NCBI GenBank assembly: GCA_038496445.1
Contig: JALMLS010000368.1
Span: 196,943-260,942 of the forward strand
DNA: 64,000 bases
Direction: 5' to 3'
Source of the DNA: Trichosphaerium sp. ATCC 40318
Lineage: Eukaryota; Protista; Tubulinea
Position 1 is the stretch's first letter. The number at the start of each line of letters is the position of its first letter. The notes below the pieces were generated by a model. The model ran no database searches. It saw nothing but the letters and a program-made list of their open reading frames with translations, and had not been told where the DNA came from. The translations under genes and the position numbers were made by a program. Shown piece after piece: positions 1-13,280 of this stretch.

Positions 1-632
1 GCAATAGGCAGTCCAACAGCTTGAAATATCTTCTCTTGGCCGACTTGGTGGTCTATGAACGGTAAGACATTATGTTTAACGCTTTAACAAACCAGCTGCG
101 AAATCGTATGTAAATTGGCGTGTTTCTTGGCTATTTACGCGCATTATGACAGTACGCTTGTCATCTAACACTTCTAGTAGCGTCTGTGTTTCATTTTCTT
201 TTTTACTTGGCGGTCTTACGCGCACAAATACTTTGACGTTGTCGAAGGCTAGCACTGTTTAGGTTGGAGGATGATTGTAAGTTATTTACCGGCCATATTA
301 GGCTATTGTTATGTTCGACGTGTATTACTATTCTCTAGACTGTAACTTGGCGCTACTGTTGAAAAATTTAAAATTTAGCGGGAAATGCGAAGGTTAAGTT
401 AGTACACCTTGCACAATACCAAGGCGATCAGAACGCTCATAAAACACATGCGATACCGTTGTTTATTAAGCGTTACAACAGTAGCACGTGCCATCAACAC
501 CAAAAACTCAACTGTATCTGTCTACATACTCAAATAGCGTTGCGCAACGCCAATAGTTACGTGAGGCATGTTCGCTTAACAAACAAGTCAAAACAGATAG
601 CCTCGCACAATACGACGACAAAAGGTCTTACT

Positions 633-1315
633 ATGGCTTCAACCAACTACTACGATCAAATAGCATTGGGTTATGACAGATTACACAGAGGTAAAACATG
701 TGCTCGTATTGGTCAACTAAACAAACTCTAGGCGAACAACGTGGCAAGTTTAGAAAGTTTGTAACGCTGTCAGGTACATTCATGGCAAAAACACTGATTA
801 ACGCGTAATTAGGTTGCAAATTGGGCCCTACAAGCATGTTGTTAGACGTTGGTTGTGGATCAGGTGTTGCTTGCGAGTTTTACAAATCACCAGTAGTATT
901 TGGTATTGATCCATCAGGTGGCTTGTTAGAAAGATCCCCAGCGCACGTAGTTAAAGGTTAGGTCACTGCAAGGTGTCAAATCAAGTGCTTACGCGTGAAA
1001 GGTGGTGGAGAAGCGCTACCGTACAAAGACAGCCTCTTCGAACTCGTCATAAGTGTCACAGCATTACAAAACTTTACAGATCCGATCTTAGGCACGTTTG
1101 CACGCCGTCAATCTCACGTGCTCACTTGCAAGCACATAGGTCTAGAAGAAATGCTTCGTGTTGGCCAATCTAAATTCGTTATCACAATATTGAAGAGAGG
1201 GAAAGATACTGAGAAACTCCAACGTGTTAGAGACCACATCGCAAAGCGATTTGTTATTGACAAGGAAATCGACGATCAGCACGATTTCATTTATGTGTTG
1301 ACACGCAAGAACTGA
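633..1315 (+). CDS. Class I SAM-dependent methyltransferase (Methyltransf_11-like), multi-exon
   Basis: Spliced translation has motif I LLDVGCGSG, GIDPS, EALPYKDSLFELVISVTALQNF and LEEMLRV. ATG at 633, TGA at 1313-1315. Confidence 0.85.
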
Positions 1316-1553
1316 AACCACTTCAGACCTCGCCCTTGCTATCACAGTTGAACTGACGATGTGATAGTAGCACCACAGATCTTAGGAAAGGGCCTTGCTT
1401 CATAGCAATGCCAATCATATTTGAGGGCTGTGAAGGAATGTTCTAGAACCGAAATGTTACTGAAATTTCATTGCACTGAAAGTAAAATACTTTTATTGAC
1501 TGTTTATCCCTGCCTTCCTCGCACTAAAGTTTTGTTAAACCAATTCATCAACA

Positions 1554-2320
1554 ATGTCTGAAACTGCAATTAAAAACCCACAAGTTAACGTAGACGAATC
1601 CGAAGTAGAGGAGGAAAAACCTGTGCAGGCAAATACTGGCCCTGTCACAGTCACTACTGGTGGACAGACCTTCACGCTCGAGATTAAAGAGACCAAAACA
1701 AACGAGGAAGACGAGGATCCAATATTTACCAAGTGCGTGTTTATTACCTCGCCTACAACTTGTGGGCTTAGTATTTTTCCCGCTACGTATTCTAAATTCT
1801 ATTAGACGCGCCAAGCTTTACCGCTTCGCTGCTGAAGCCAACGAATGGAAAGAAAGAGGTAAAGGAGAAGCTAAATTGCTCAAACATAAAACAACGGGCA
1901 AAGTACGATTCCTCATGCGACGAGACAAGACATTCAAGATTTGCGGTAATCATTACAGTACGTAAAGTTGAAAACGCACAGAAAATACCCTACCTCGCTA
2001 CAAAACACGACTAACGCGCGCTTTTAGTTATTGATAGCATGAAATTAGAGCCACACGCTGGTTCAGACAGAGCATTTGTATACACATGCCCTGCTGATTT
2101 TGCTGATGAGGAACAAAAGAGCGAGGTATTCTGCATTCGCTTTGGCAATGCTGAAAGTACGTCACAAACTGACCAAACAATTTTTTCTGGTTTCGCGCCA
2201 TTCTAACTTTTTTTGTGATTTGCAGACGCTCAAGAATTCTCCACACAATTTGATGAAGCCAAAAAATGTAACGCCTCCGCTCTTGCTGCTAAGGCACCAG
2301 AATCAGCCACTGCTGAATAA
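1554..2320 (+). CDS. RANBP1: Ran-binding protein 1 (RanBD domain), 4 exons
   Basis: [40 protein letters not shown]; [25 protein letters not shown]. Confidence 0.95.
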
Positions 2321-2496
2321 ACCTTTTTTTTTTTTTCCTATTTTTTGATATTTCAAATTCTTAAATCAACAAGCGAACAAACTGAGCTAATAAATCATGT
2401 GTTTACTTATTTTACAACGAAGGTTATTTTAGTGGTTTTTTCGCTTTTTTGATATGTGTTTGTTTTTTGGGTGTTTTTTCTGTTTTGTAGTTGATG

Positions 2497-3434
2497 TTAC
2501 AGGGTAGAGTTCTTGTTGTGCGTTTTGAAAGACGAAATGATGGCTTGAGTGTCAATTTGTGATCGTGTTCCGCCTTGTTTCTTGAAGAGACGGGCCACTT
2601 TTTTCATATTGAACAAAACTATTTGTGCATGCTTGTCTACCTTTTTGGCCCAAACCTCCCAATCGTCACGTGTTATTTTCTTCTTTCCATCTTTGCTAAT
2701 TTTATCAAACACTTCCTTTGCTTGTGCAGCAAGATCTGCATCGCTTGTACTATCTACACAACAGCCGTGAGCACACATTGCAACAGAAGAAAACAAGACA
2801 AAAACAAAAAGAGGTTTGACACTAAATGTGGAATGTCTTGGCCGTACCTGGTATTCTACGCAGCGCCCGGTAACCTTTCATACTAACCACATAACGTGCT
2901 ATGAACTGTTTCTTTCTGAGATAGGGTTTTTCCTCCTTACGCAACATGCTGTCCCAAAAGACTACAAAAAAACATGATTAGACACTAATTTTGTGACGAT
3001 TGCACGCACACATTAGGCAGTCAATGTCAGTGCCTCTTGTTAGGGTAGATAAAGATATGCAAAGCTCCTTGAGAGACAGTATACCATTGTCATTTAAATC
3101 AAATAGCTTGAAAACAAAGTCCCACGCCAGCGCTGATAATTTTAATGATCGCACTGCCCTTTTTCGTGTTAGTTAGTGTTAACAAACGAAATATGACGAG
3201 TTAATACTTTGTTCCAGTCTTAAAATCTTCCTCGCTTATCTCCGCTGTGTATTTGCCTCCAATCTCTTGAAACAAATCCGCAATTTCGCGTATTTCGTGT
3301 TTGCTGTCTAAAACACGTCATCAATGGCGTATTAAACGCAATTTCGACGCACATCTAGTGTCCCAGGTAATACTTTCAAGTTCCATGTCCCAATCTCTCC
3401 GTTGTCGCTCGCTGGGCGTCAACGAGTTACCCAT
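2497..3434 (-). CDS. N-myristoylated EF-hand Ca2+ sensor (NCS/recoverin/calcineurin-B-like)
   Basis: Starts MGNSLT. Contains KHEIREIADLF, the EF loop FDLNDNGILSLKE, and C-terminal AKEVFDKISKDGKKKITRDDW. Confidence 0.75.
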
Positions 3435-4069
3435 AGATTATTGTTGCTCGCCGAGGAGTAAGGGGTTGTTTCTGTGATGTGGGTTCTTAAAAAATGAAAA
3501 GAAAAAGAAAAACAACCCGAACAAAACACTACTTAACACTTACCCAAAACACATAATGACCTTGTAACTGAAACACTTTGCTGCACGTAGTATAACGTCA
3601 AATAACCAAGCGGGTTATTAAGGAATTTCGACTCGTAAAAGCTGAGCGTAAAAATTCAAAGAATGGACTTAGACAGAGTTGTGCTTTTCACTCGTAAATC
3701 GTAACTCATTCAAAAACACTTTATTTATTGGTTGCAACAAACAAAAAACGATCACCATTTGTTATTGGTCCTACAAGCTCTTCGGATACATTGAAACGTT
3801 GTTTAACGCTGCTTTGCAACGTTACACTAAAGTCATTAGTGCTCAGTAGGCTCTCATCAATGAAGTGAATCAACAATTGTGCCAGCACTGTCATTAAACA
3901 GTAAACTGGTTAAGCCTCAGTAGTTCACTAACATTTACATGTCGATTATGAAAAGTTTTGAGCAACCATTTACGAAAACTTTTGCACGAGTCGAAATATT
4001 TCATCCGAAGGACCACTTACCTTTCAGTGATACCTGCTGAATAAAGTTAAGCGAACAGGTACAGCCACA

Positions 4070-5622
4070 ATGTCCAGGAAGCTCGTTCACATACTTGGTG
4101 GAGGAGAATTTGGACTTACGACCGCTATTGAGCTAAAATCAAGAGGCAACAGATAGCACAAGTTAAAGTTTTTCATAAAACACTAACAAAACGTTATTAG
4201 GACATGATGTGAAGGTTTACGAGCGCGATGAAGTCCCATCACCAAAAGCTTCTTCTACAGACATCTCCAAGGTGCATAAACAACTCTAGGACCATCAACA
4301 AGCATTATTGCTGAATCACATGCCTAAAAAAACAAAAAAAAATTGTTAATGCTTTCAGGTTGTACGCATGGACTATGGAGGAAACAAAGCGTAAGACCTG
4401 CTCCTCAACAGAGATAAGATTTTTAAGTTGTGCACTAGATACTTCCGTATGGGAGAAGAATCGATAAAACGCTGGCGCAAATGGAACGGCTTTTGGGGAA
4501 AGAACTGTATCACGAGACTGGCGTAGCGTACTTATCTACCAAGCCAATGGAAGAAAAATCGTTTGAAATGCAAAGTGTCCATGACCTACAAGAAAGTGGA
4601 TATCACGTGGACAGATTGGACGCGTGCGTTTTTGTTGTCACGTGCAGAGTAACGACAATTAATAAGTGAGGTAGACAAAGCATCAAACATAGATTTCCCA
4701 ATTGGAAAGAGTCTGACTTTGTCGATGGGTACTACCACAAGAATGGAGGATGGGCAGAAAGCGGTGAAGTATGATACAAGTAGACATGTCATTCAAATTA
4801 ATGAAACATTTAACTCATTTTTAGGTAATCCGATACCTTGGCAAAACTGCTCGCAATATGGATATTACAATAGAGGAAAATGCTGAAATAGATCGACTTG
4901 CTGTAGAAAAAGGCAAGTTGCGTGGATTTATCATGAAAGATGGCAAGGTAGTTGACAGGTGCGAATGACGAACCAGTTTAATGTTTTACCGTTTTGACAA
5001 CCCCTTTTCACAGTGAAAATGTCATCGTTGCCTCAGGAGCGTGGACTCCAGATATAGTACCACAATTGCGTGAATATATCAAACCAACAGCGCAACCTAT
5101 TATCACATTCAAGAAAGGAATCAATGCATCAGAATTCAGCGATTCTCTCCATCCTGTATTCTTTTCAGATCACGATGTGGGCATGTATGGGTTTCCTGCT
5201 ACTGCTGATGGTACTGTCAAGATTGCAAATCACGGTACTGGATTCACTTATAAATACGGTGAGCCTCTGGTCGAGACAGAAGAGATGAGAGCCATGTTTA
5301 CAGCTTGGATAAAACAAAAAATACCAAAGTTGTTAGCAGCTGAACCGTCATATCGCATTTGCCTCTACTGCGACACACTTGACAATAACTTTTTTATTGA
5401 TCACGTGCCCGATATTGAGGGTGCCATGATAGCGTGTGGTGGTAAGTATTTAACAAACTAACATGTTGTTTTCTAACAACTGAACAAGGCAGTGGACACG
5501 CTTTCAAGTTTGCACCTGTGATTGGTGACATCATTTCTGATGTCTTTGAAGGTAAACCAAACGAATACGCGCCTTTGTTCAAATGGAGAAAAGGAGGGGA
5601 GGTCAGCACATCAAGGAAATGA
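4070..5622 (+). CDS. FAD-dependent oxidoreductase, sarcosine oxidase/PIPOX/fructosyl-amine oxidase family
   Basis: GGGEFGLTTA Rossmann motif, ASSTDISKVVR, VIVASGAW, YGFP, CLYCDTLDNNFFID, GGSGHAFKFAPVIG. Confidence 0.9.
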
Positions 5623-6145
5623 TCACTCTCTTCATTGTAATCAAAATTTAATCCATTGCCACTAAAAATGCGAAATACTCACGTGATATACGCTACTGAC
5701 CTGTGGAATTGGTTTTCTAATGTCTACGTTTGGTTGTAGCTTGCGTATACGTGAATTCGTACAATTACACTTCAACATTCACAAAAAATCGCGCGGCGCT
5801 GTCTACTTTATAAGAACATAGTAATGAACGCCATAGGCGTATTGTTTCTCCGCACATTACGTATGTCAAATAAAGTTGACTGTTTGATTTACAATCACTG
5901 CCTACACTACCATATAGTGCGTAAAGGACTTATAAGGCATCTTTTAGCCATCTCGTCACATTACAACCCACAAACGCTTACAAATTCGCATACAACACTG
6001 CGATATTACGTAAAAGGCAACGTACAGCTTCATAGTCACTTTTTGTGGCTCTTCCTAAGAATATCACCCGTACTATTCTGAACAAAAATCCGGTGGAAAA
6101 TTACAGTAAAATTCAATTGAACTAAAACACCAAGCAACAAACACT

Positions 6146-7137
6146 ATGTTCGGTACTTTGATGGATATTATGCTCGCAGAAGGTGGTATTGAAGCCTCAA
6201 ACGCTTTCTTCGGATTCATGGGCTCTGCCTCTGCTCTCATTTTCGCGTGTAAGTTTTAGTGTGTTTGTACCTCACAAAGCGGTTTTTGTCCGGCTAGGGA
6301 CCTAAACCAGAGATTTGCTTTTGATCATGCTCACAACCGCTAATTTGACCCTTCAGGCATTGGCGCAGCTTACGGTACAGCTAAATCCGGTGTCGGTATC
6401 GCCTCAATGGGTGTTATGCACCCTCAACTCGTGATGAGGTCTGTCATTCCAGTAGTTATGGCTGGTGTTATTGGCATCTACGGTTTGATTATTGCTGTAA
6501 TTATCGCAGTCGGTAGTACGTAGTTGGCCTCTTCAATTGAAAAAAACCCAAAAAATTAAGCCTTCGAACGAAAAGTTCTTTCGTGTTTGTGACGCTTACT
6601 AACCGTTCATTTAGTTTCTAACAGCGATGAGTTTAATTCTTTCAAAGCTTTCTCTCGTTTGGGTGCTGGTTTGTCTGTAGGTCTTTCCGGTCTCGCTGCT
6701 GGTATGGCTATTGGTATTGTAGGTGACGCTGGAGTTCGCGCCAATGTACGTCAGAAAAGAAAAGAAGAACCTTCAACTCCAAGACCCCAAACTTTCAAAA
6801 AAAACAGAAAAAAAAACTTTCCCACGCCTACCAAAAACCTAAGTGCCTTTTGGCTTTTTTTTATTGCCAAGGGCGCCTTGCCACGTTGTTGGCGATCTGC
6901 CTTTCATGTTGTAGATTGTTATTAGACATGTCTTGGGTCTTTTCCCATTTTTTTTTTTTTTTTTTTTGGTTTTTCTCGCTTTTACAATTTTACGACTACC
7001 TTTTGTGAAACAAACTGACCTTGTACGCTTAGGCTCAACAACCTAAATTATTTGTCGGTATGATTTTGATCTTGATTTTCGCCGAAGCTTTGGCTTTGTA
7101 CGGATTGATCGTTGCCCTTATCTTGGCCATTAAGTAA
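6146..7137 (+). CDS. ATP6V0C: V-type H+-ATPase 16 kDa proteolipid subunit c
   Basis: [72 protein letters not shown]. Confidence 0.97.
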
Positions 7138-7418
7138 ATATGTCGCACCACATGCGTGCATTAAAATTGGGTTGTTTTTTTTTGCACATTGCGATCATCA
7201 ATTGTTCCCTATTCCCACTTAACCTTGTATTCGAATAAAACCCAAATTTTCGTATATTTCTGCGTTTAACGCTTCTTATGGACTGTTGTTGTTTTTTTGG
7301 AGGGGAAAACATATTTTTTTGAAATTATTTTAACGTTAGATAGGGGAGCTAAGCGGCATTTTGATTTTATCCACAAAGTATTTACAGGTCTCTGCTAGTA
7401 GTACATATTTACAGTTGT

Positions 7419-9981
7419 TTATCTTTTTGTTGTTGTGTCGTCCCAATTTTGAGACATTAGGTCATCCAATTCTCGATCGACAAACTCTTTCAGTAAGGGT
7501 AGCGTCATGCTGAACGGGTGATCCACAGGTAGGATTAGATACATTCGTTTCGCCTTATCCCATGATGCCAGCATACGTAAGACATCGCTGCAACCATTTG
7601 TAAGGTTCTCTTTGTGTGGTTCAGACATTTTAGTCAAATTTTCATCAATACTGGCAAGTAAATCGCGCCTCAATAAAAAACTCTTGCAATAAGCAAACGA
7701 CCCAAGCAAGTGTCTGTGAAAAAAAGCACATTAATTAATTTTTAACTTATCGTTGGTCACAAAAATATTTCTCAAGGTGGATGGATAGTGACGAAGGAAA
7801 AAAAAAAAAACCATTTCGTACGCTAATGCCGAATGTTTCGGCAAATTGCCCTTTCGTGCCAGATCTGCTGCGTATTTTACTAACGCTCCTAAGCTCCTAA
7901 AATTATCTTCCGCTTTCTGTCTCTGTAGGCAACAGGTCGTTAGAACAAAAACAGGAAGAACAAAGACAAATACTGCTTTTGAACGAGATCGCGGACGTAC
8001 GTTTGCCGCTTGTAGGTGAAATAGTTCAATATACTTCATTATGGCGAATAGGTATGATGTTACAACGAATTTTGCCGGTTTCTTGTCACGAAGCTCACCA
8101 TCCGCTTTGTGTTTCCAAAAATCAGCTGCTTTCTTCAGATCCGCTTCAAGGAGCAATAATGTAAGCTCGAGAAAACAAATTGCTAGCTGGCTTACCTTCA
8201 GTTAATGGCACTCGAGATTTTACTGGTTTTGGTTTGGGTTCACGCTTGACTTCATGTCTTGGTTTTGCAGAGAATGGATCGTATGTATCCTCTGATTCAT
8301 CAACTGGATCCACAGGGCTAGGTGTTTTGCTCTTTTCTCTGGATGAATGTCGCCTTGGAGAAGTCGTACGCTGTCTTTTGCTAGATCTCTCTGGTGATAA
8401 AGAATTTCTGGATAAACTTCGTTTTCTTTGTATTGGTGCTTCTGACACTGTAATCTTTGCAGGAGGTACGCCAATCTCTTTTATCTGATAATATAACACT
8501 CAGTATTAAATAAAAGAGAGAGGAGGGGGGTGGGGTATTTCTTTTGTTGAATAAAGTTTGAACGTACGACTTGGTTAACTTTTGGTTGCCGTTTTTTAGG
8601 TTGTTCTTGTTTAACCCTTGATAACCTATCACCTGGTCTACGTTTAGGAGACTTTCTCACCACATCCATATCGTCAATTTCAGCTTCACGTTCCATGTGC
8701 ATATTCCTAGGTGACGGACCTAACGATAACAGAGTTAATTAAAAAAAAACTCCAACTTTGGCATTCAAAAAACTGCTAAGATGTGATATTTGAAGCTCTG
8801 CCTATCCCTCATAGTTACCTCGTTTTCGTGTATCTTCGCGCTTAGGTTCATGAAGTGGCACGTGTCGCGGTGGTGTGCGTAAGGTGACCTTAACAGGCGC
8901 TACCTCTAGCTTTGTTTCAACTGGTCTAACGACTTCCTCGAGCATGCTGGTATCGTCTCCATCGTCTTCATCGAAGGACACATCATCCTCATCGACTACC
9001 ATGCCATTTGTAGCTTTGCTTGAAGGATCAGGTTGTACGATTTTTAAGCGAATTTTAGCAAGAGCTGGAGATTGTTGTTTCTTTGTAGGTGAGAGGGAAT
9101 CCTCAATATCCATTGAATCATTTTTACTACTTGCTTCGCTCTGAGCTGCGAATGCTTGTTCAAAATTGCTAAGGTAATCTTCCTCATCTGGTTTAGCTGT
9201 CCATATTTCCTAGTACAACAAACCATTTAAAATGTATCCATACGGGAGTAGGGGAGGGTCCAAACATTTGAAGTTCATCTTGTCGGTTGACAAATGTCTC
9301 TGTTTCGACAATTTTTTTTTTCTTTGTATGTGGGGGTAGTGCTTACCTCTAAGCGTTTTATTGTGGCGTCGGATATGTTCAACTTGGGGACACTTGGAAT
9401 TTCTTTTGTCATTTCTGCTACAAGTATGCGGGGATCTTGTAAAGGTGGCTCTTCGGGTACATTCCTTGGCGGTGGTTCAGTTTTTATTTCGGTCCTTTGT
9501 GCTGTCGATTCGTTGTTATCGCGTGGCGGCCGTTCATGAAGATTGTTTGTACTTTCAGTAGGCGGAGAGCCACTGTTATCTTTAGTTTCTGTACGGGTTC
9601 GTTCAGTCACTTGAATTGGCTCGTTTTCGGTGTCTGTGGGCGCTTGGGCGTCTTCGTGTGCGTTGTCTGCCATATTGTCTCCTCTAGGAAGATTACGCAA
9701 TCTAATGGCGTTAAAATATGTTTAAAAAACCTGTTGAGTATGTAGCAGTGCTACTTTCGCTCAATAGGCAGTTTAAGTTAACAAGTAGACAATCCAAGGG
9801 ATGTCCTAACTTTTCGAGCTGCTTTCGTTAGAAATACGTACTGTCTGAGTTGCTCCCCTACAAACGAGCCATACTCGCCATTGCGACCGTCTCCTTCAAG
9901 ATTTATTCGCTCAATCATATTATTTGTTGTCTGTTCATCAAAGCTTGGTAGCTTGTGCATAGCCTCTACCTTTGATGTCAT
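7419..9981 (-). CDS. Low-complexity Ser/Pro/Lys/Arg-rich protein with a C-terminal helical domain resembling the AF4/FMR2 C-terminal homology domain
   Basis: Chain of minus-strand exons. C-terminal KKAADFWKHKAD..YLFAIMKYIE..LVKYAADL..SWDKAK..LKEFVDRELDDL. Family call by eye only. Confidence 0.55.
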
Positions 9982-11064
9982 GCTTTTTTATCTATTATGT
10001 CCCTTTGAAAATTATATATCGTCAAGGGTGCATGTCTACGGTTAAATAATACGATGGTACAATGCAATAGCGTAAAAAAGGATCGCTGCCCAGTAACTTG
10101 GTTCAATAAACGCGAATCGTTTTTCTGGAGATTTGACTTTAAAATACCTGAGGAATTTTTACAACGTTTGTTTTTCGCGCCAGTACTCTCTTTTTATGCA
10201 TATAAACCCATTTTGATGTTAATTAAGACTAAAAAACAAAAAAAATTGTTTCCGATTTCTGTACTTCTCAATATAACGTTAGATTATCATTTATTTGTAC
10301 TGTAGTTGTTTAACGTAACAAATATTGTAAATTTTGGATTAATTGGTGCACTGTTTGTCAAAAAAGTTGTTTTGACACTAAAACAGTGGTTTGCCTTGTT
10401 GAAAGGTAGGACTAATACAACACCTCCCTCTATCAATCTCCATACTATTATTTAATCAACATTTATCGAAAATTATTTTTTGACACAACTTGCCCGCTTC
10501 CCGATTTAGACCTAGCCAATAAAATATGTTCAATGCGAATTTGGCTTTAGCAGACTTTCCGTTGCAAGCTCGTACAAAACTGCACTGATTGGTTGCATCT
10601 CACTTGTTAAATAAGCATCTTACTTCAAAAATACATCTGTCGCCCAATTAATGATATACAGGCAGCTCTAAAGACCTAGTTGTGCTTATGGTTTTAGCAC
10701 GCGTTATTAATTTTGTACATCGATGACAGGTAAATAAACTTCGATATGTCGATTTACGCTGAAATGTTCCCCCCTCTGTACAGCTTTTAATTGTGTACGA
10801 GATTAGCTGTGTGAGTATCAGGTGTAAACAAGAGGTAATGGCCGGAAAGCAGAATCATTTGTGAATAAATTATCTATGACAAGGAGTAATGGTGTTCCCA
10901 CAAAATTATACATAGGAACACCTCTTGAAAAGACGTGTTTGTAAGACTGTTATATTCTCATAAAAGTGGTAGCAATTGCTCGCAGTTACCTCCAAATGTA
11001 AATAGAAACCAAGGCGTTGTGATTTGGATATGCTCGTGTCAACTTAAGTATTACTTGACATTGA

Positions 11065-12477
11065 ATGGAGAACGTAGAGCTTCCTGTGGAGGTGTGGCTG
11101 AATATTCTATCAGATACAGCCATTAAAGACTTGTTGTCACTGGCACAAGTTAGTAAGTATGTAAAAACTGTTGTAGAGTGTGATTACATATGGTCGGACT
11201 GACTCATAGCAAATGCACGTTTATTTAACCTCTCAGTGACAGTTGAAGATTTTGCCTGTACAGAAGCTAAATTACAGTTGTTTATACTCATTGTAGCACG
11301 TGATTATACTTATTTACTATTTTTTCAAATTAGGAACCAGCGATTAGACACGGGAATAAGTATTGGTCCAGAAAACCGCTTATACTTAGTGAAGCAGGAT
11401 ATGAACGAATTGGTAGGAAAATGACGTTCAGCTCTGCCAAACTGCAGTACTTTTTAACTTTGTACAATTTCAATCTGTTATGGTTGTTTGCTTATAATGT
11501 GTGCAGCATCAACACTCCCAAAGAGCATGCTGAAGATGCCAAAGTTTGCTCGTGGCTAAAACCAAGACTAATACAGCTGTCCAGCGGAAGCTGCTCACCT
11601 ACAAAGGTAGCAAAGGTACATAGCCACTGCACCCAACTGAACACCTTATTAATAAGTGACAGCTTAAAAAAATAGCTTGGAAAGGCTTCCCTAAACGTAT
11701 CAGAGGTAGGTAGTCGGGATAGAAATGTAGATTAATGTCATTTTAAAGGGCTTGCATATTTTCACTTATCCGGAGGTTACGAAGCAATGCATTTATCCAC
11801 CACAAGTTATCGGGTGAGTATTTGTTTCGGCTCAGTTTGTGATTTTATATGACTTGATAAAGGAATACCTCTATCAATATCAAAAGAAGGCTGGTAAATA
11901 TGCGTACATCTTAAGACAAATACGCACCGATACCCAACTCATGTTTGTTGATCATCGTTATTTTGGTACAAACTCACAAGGGTATACAGACTTTTACTTT
12001 GGTTTTTTCAGTCTAAGCGTGTTTGTGGATATTTCAATCTAATTGCATTTAGAAAAAAAACAATGATGCTAATCTATTGTGCATACTTAGCAAGCACTAC
12101 TGATGTTAGTTATGCAATAGGTAGTAGCAATCTCATAGTCAAAGATACCTATGTTTTTAGGCAATGTGTATTATGTAGCATTGTTGCTGACAATTATGCC
12201 TGACGATGTAAGCATAAACAATTTCTTGTGTTGTATTAAAGCACCTCTAAGCATGCATTTTGGACAATGAAGTGTATCTTTGAAAGGAGTAAATACCTGT
12301 CAAAAGAGCAGGAACAAAAACAAATGAAAATGTTCTATTGTAAGAAAAATACTATTCCCAACCAGATAGAATGGATTCTATTCTATTCAATCTCCTTCTT
12401 ATCTTACACAACTAGTAGTTTCACAAGATGATAAAATACTAAAACAATTGTTTCAAAAATATTTCCCAAACAATAAG
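11065..12477 (+). CDS. F-box protein, multi-exon (3' structure uncertain)
   Basis: MENVELPVEVWLNILSDTAIKDLLSLAQVSKYVKTVVECDYIW is a typical F-box. Downstream exons and stop are only tentatively placed. Confidence 0.55.
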
Positions 12478-13280
12478 GCACAATGGAATAACTTAAACGT
12501 TTCTTACTTGTTATTTTCTTGCTCTTATTTTTTCACTTAGGCATTCCAAGATATGTCAATTCACTTTGCTCCTGCTCGACTATTACGTCAAAACATACCA
12601 GTTGCTTTAACACTATTCGATAAGTACATTGTAGAAGGTACAAAAGGGAGTGAAATGATGCTTGTAAAAGGGCGTTTAGCACTCTAAAAAAGTCCACTGA
12701 AAATCCAATTTTCTTCACTTCTTAAGTGTCAGTGTACTTCTGAATAATTTTTAGGAGTACTTGTATTGTATGCATTCATATTGGCACACGCAGACTTAGC
12801 TTGCAGTATGTAAATTTGTATTTGATTCTTACGCCCTGTAGCTGATAAGAAAGCTGCGTATCATATCTTACAACCAAACCTATGCATACAAGCCTGATGA
12901 AGTATATTTTATGTTTGCTCAGTCAATCTGGAAGTCCAAGAAGTTTAAACAAATAGCCTTGAAGAATAAATAATTCCCTTTTGTTAATTTTTTCACCTGT
13001 CCCGACCCTACGTTTGCAATTCAACATATTAGCGAAGTTGGACATTTCCGTCAGAGTATAGTGGCAATATGTCATGAAAAAGTCAACATTTTTCGCGTGG
13101 AATTTGTAGCTATCAAACATACAAACGTTTATGTTCTGCTTTGCTATCAACTTTTCATGGTAACTTGATCGGCTGACAGTGTTTTGGGATAGGAAAATAA
13201 AAGTAGTAAGGAAGTACTGGCACAAATCTGATAAGCTAGAATACGACTATGAAGTTGATTTATTGTACAAAATCTATTAT

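Noticed and set aside
10054-11000. Short ORFs in 10.0-11.0 kb and 12.5-13.25 kb
   Set aside because: No motifs or consistent exon chain; treated as intergenic.
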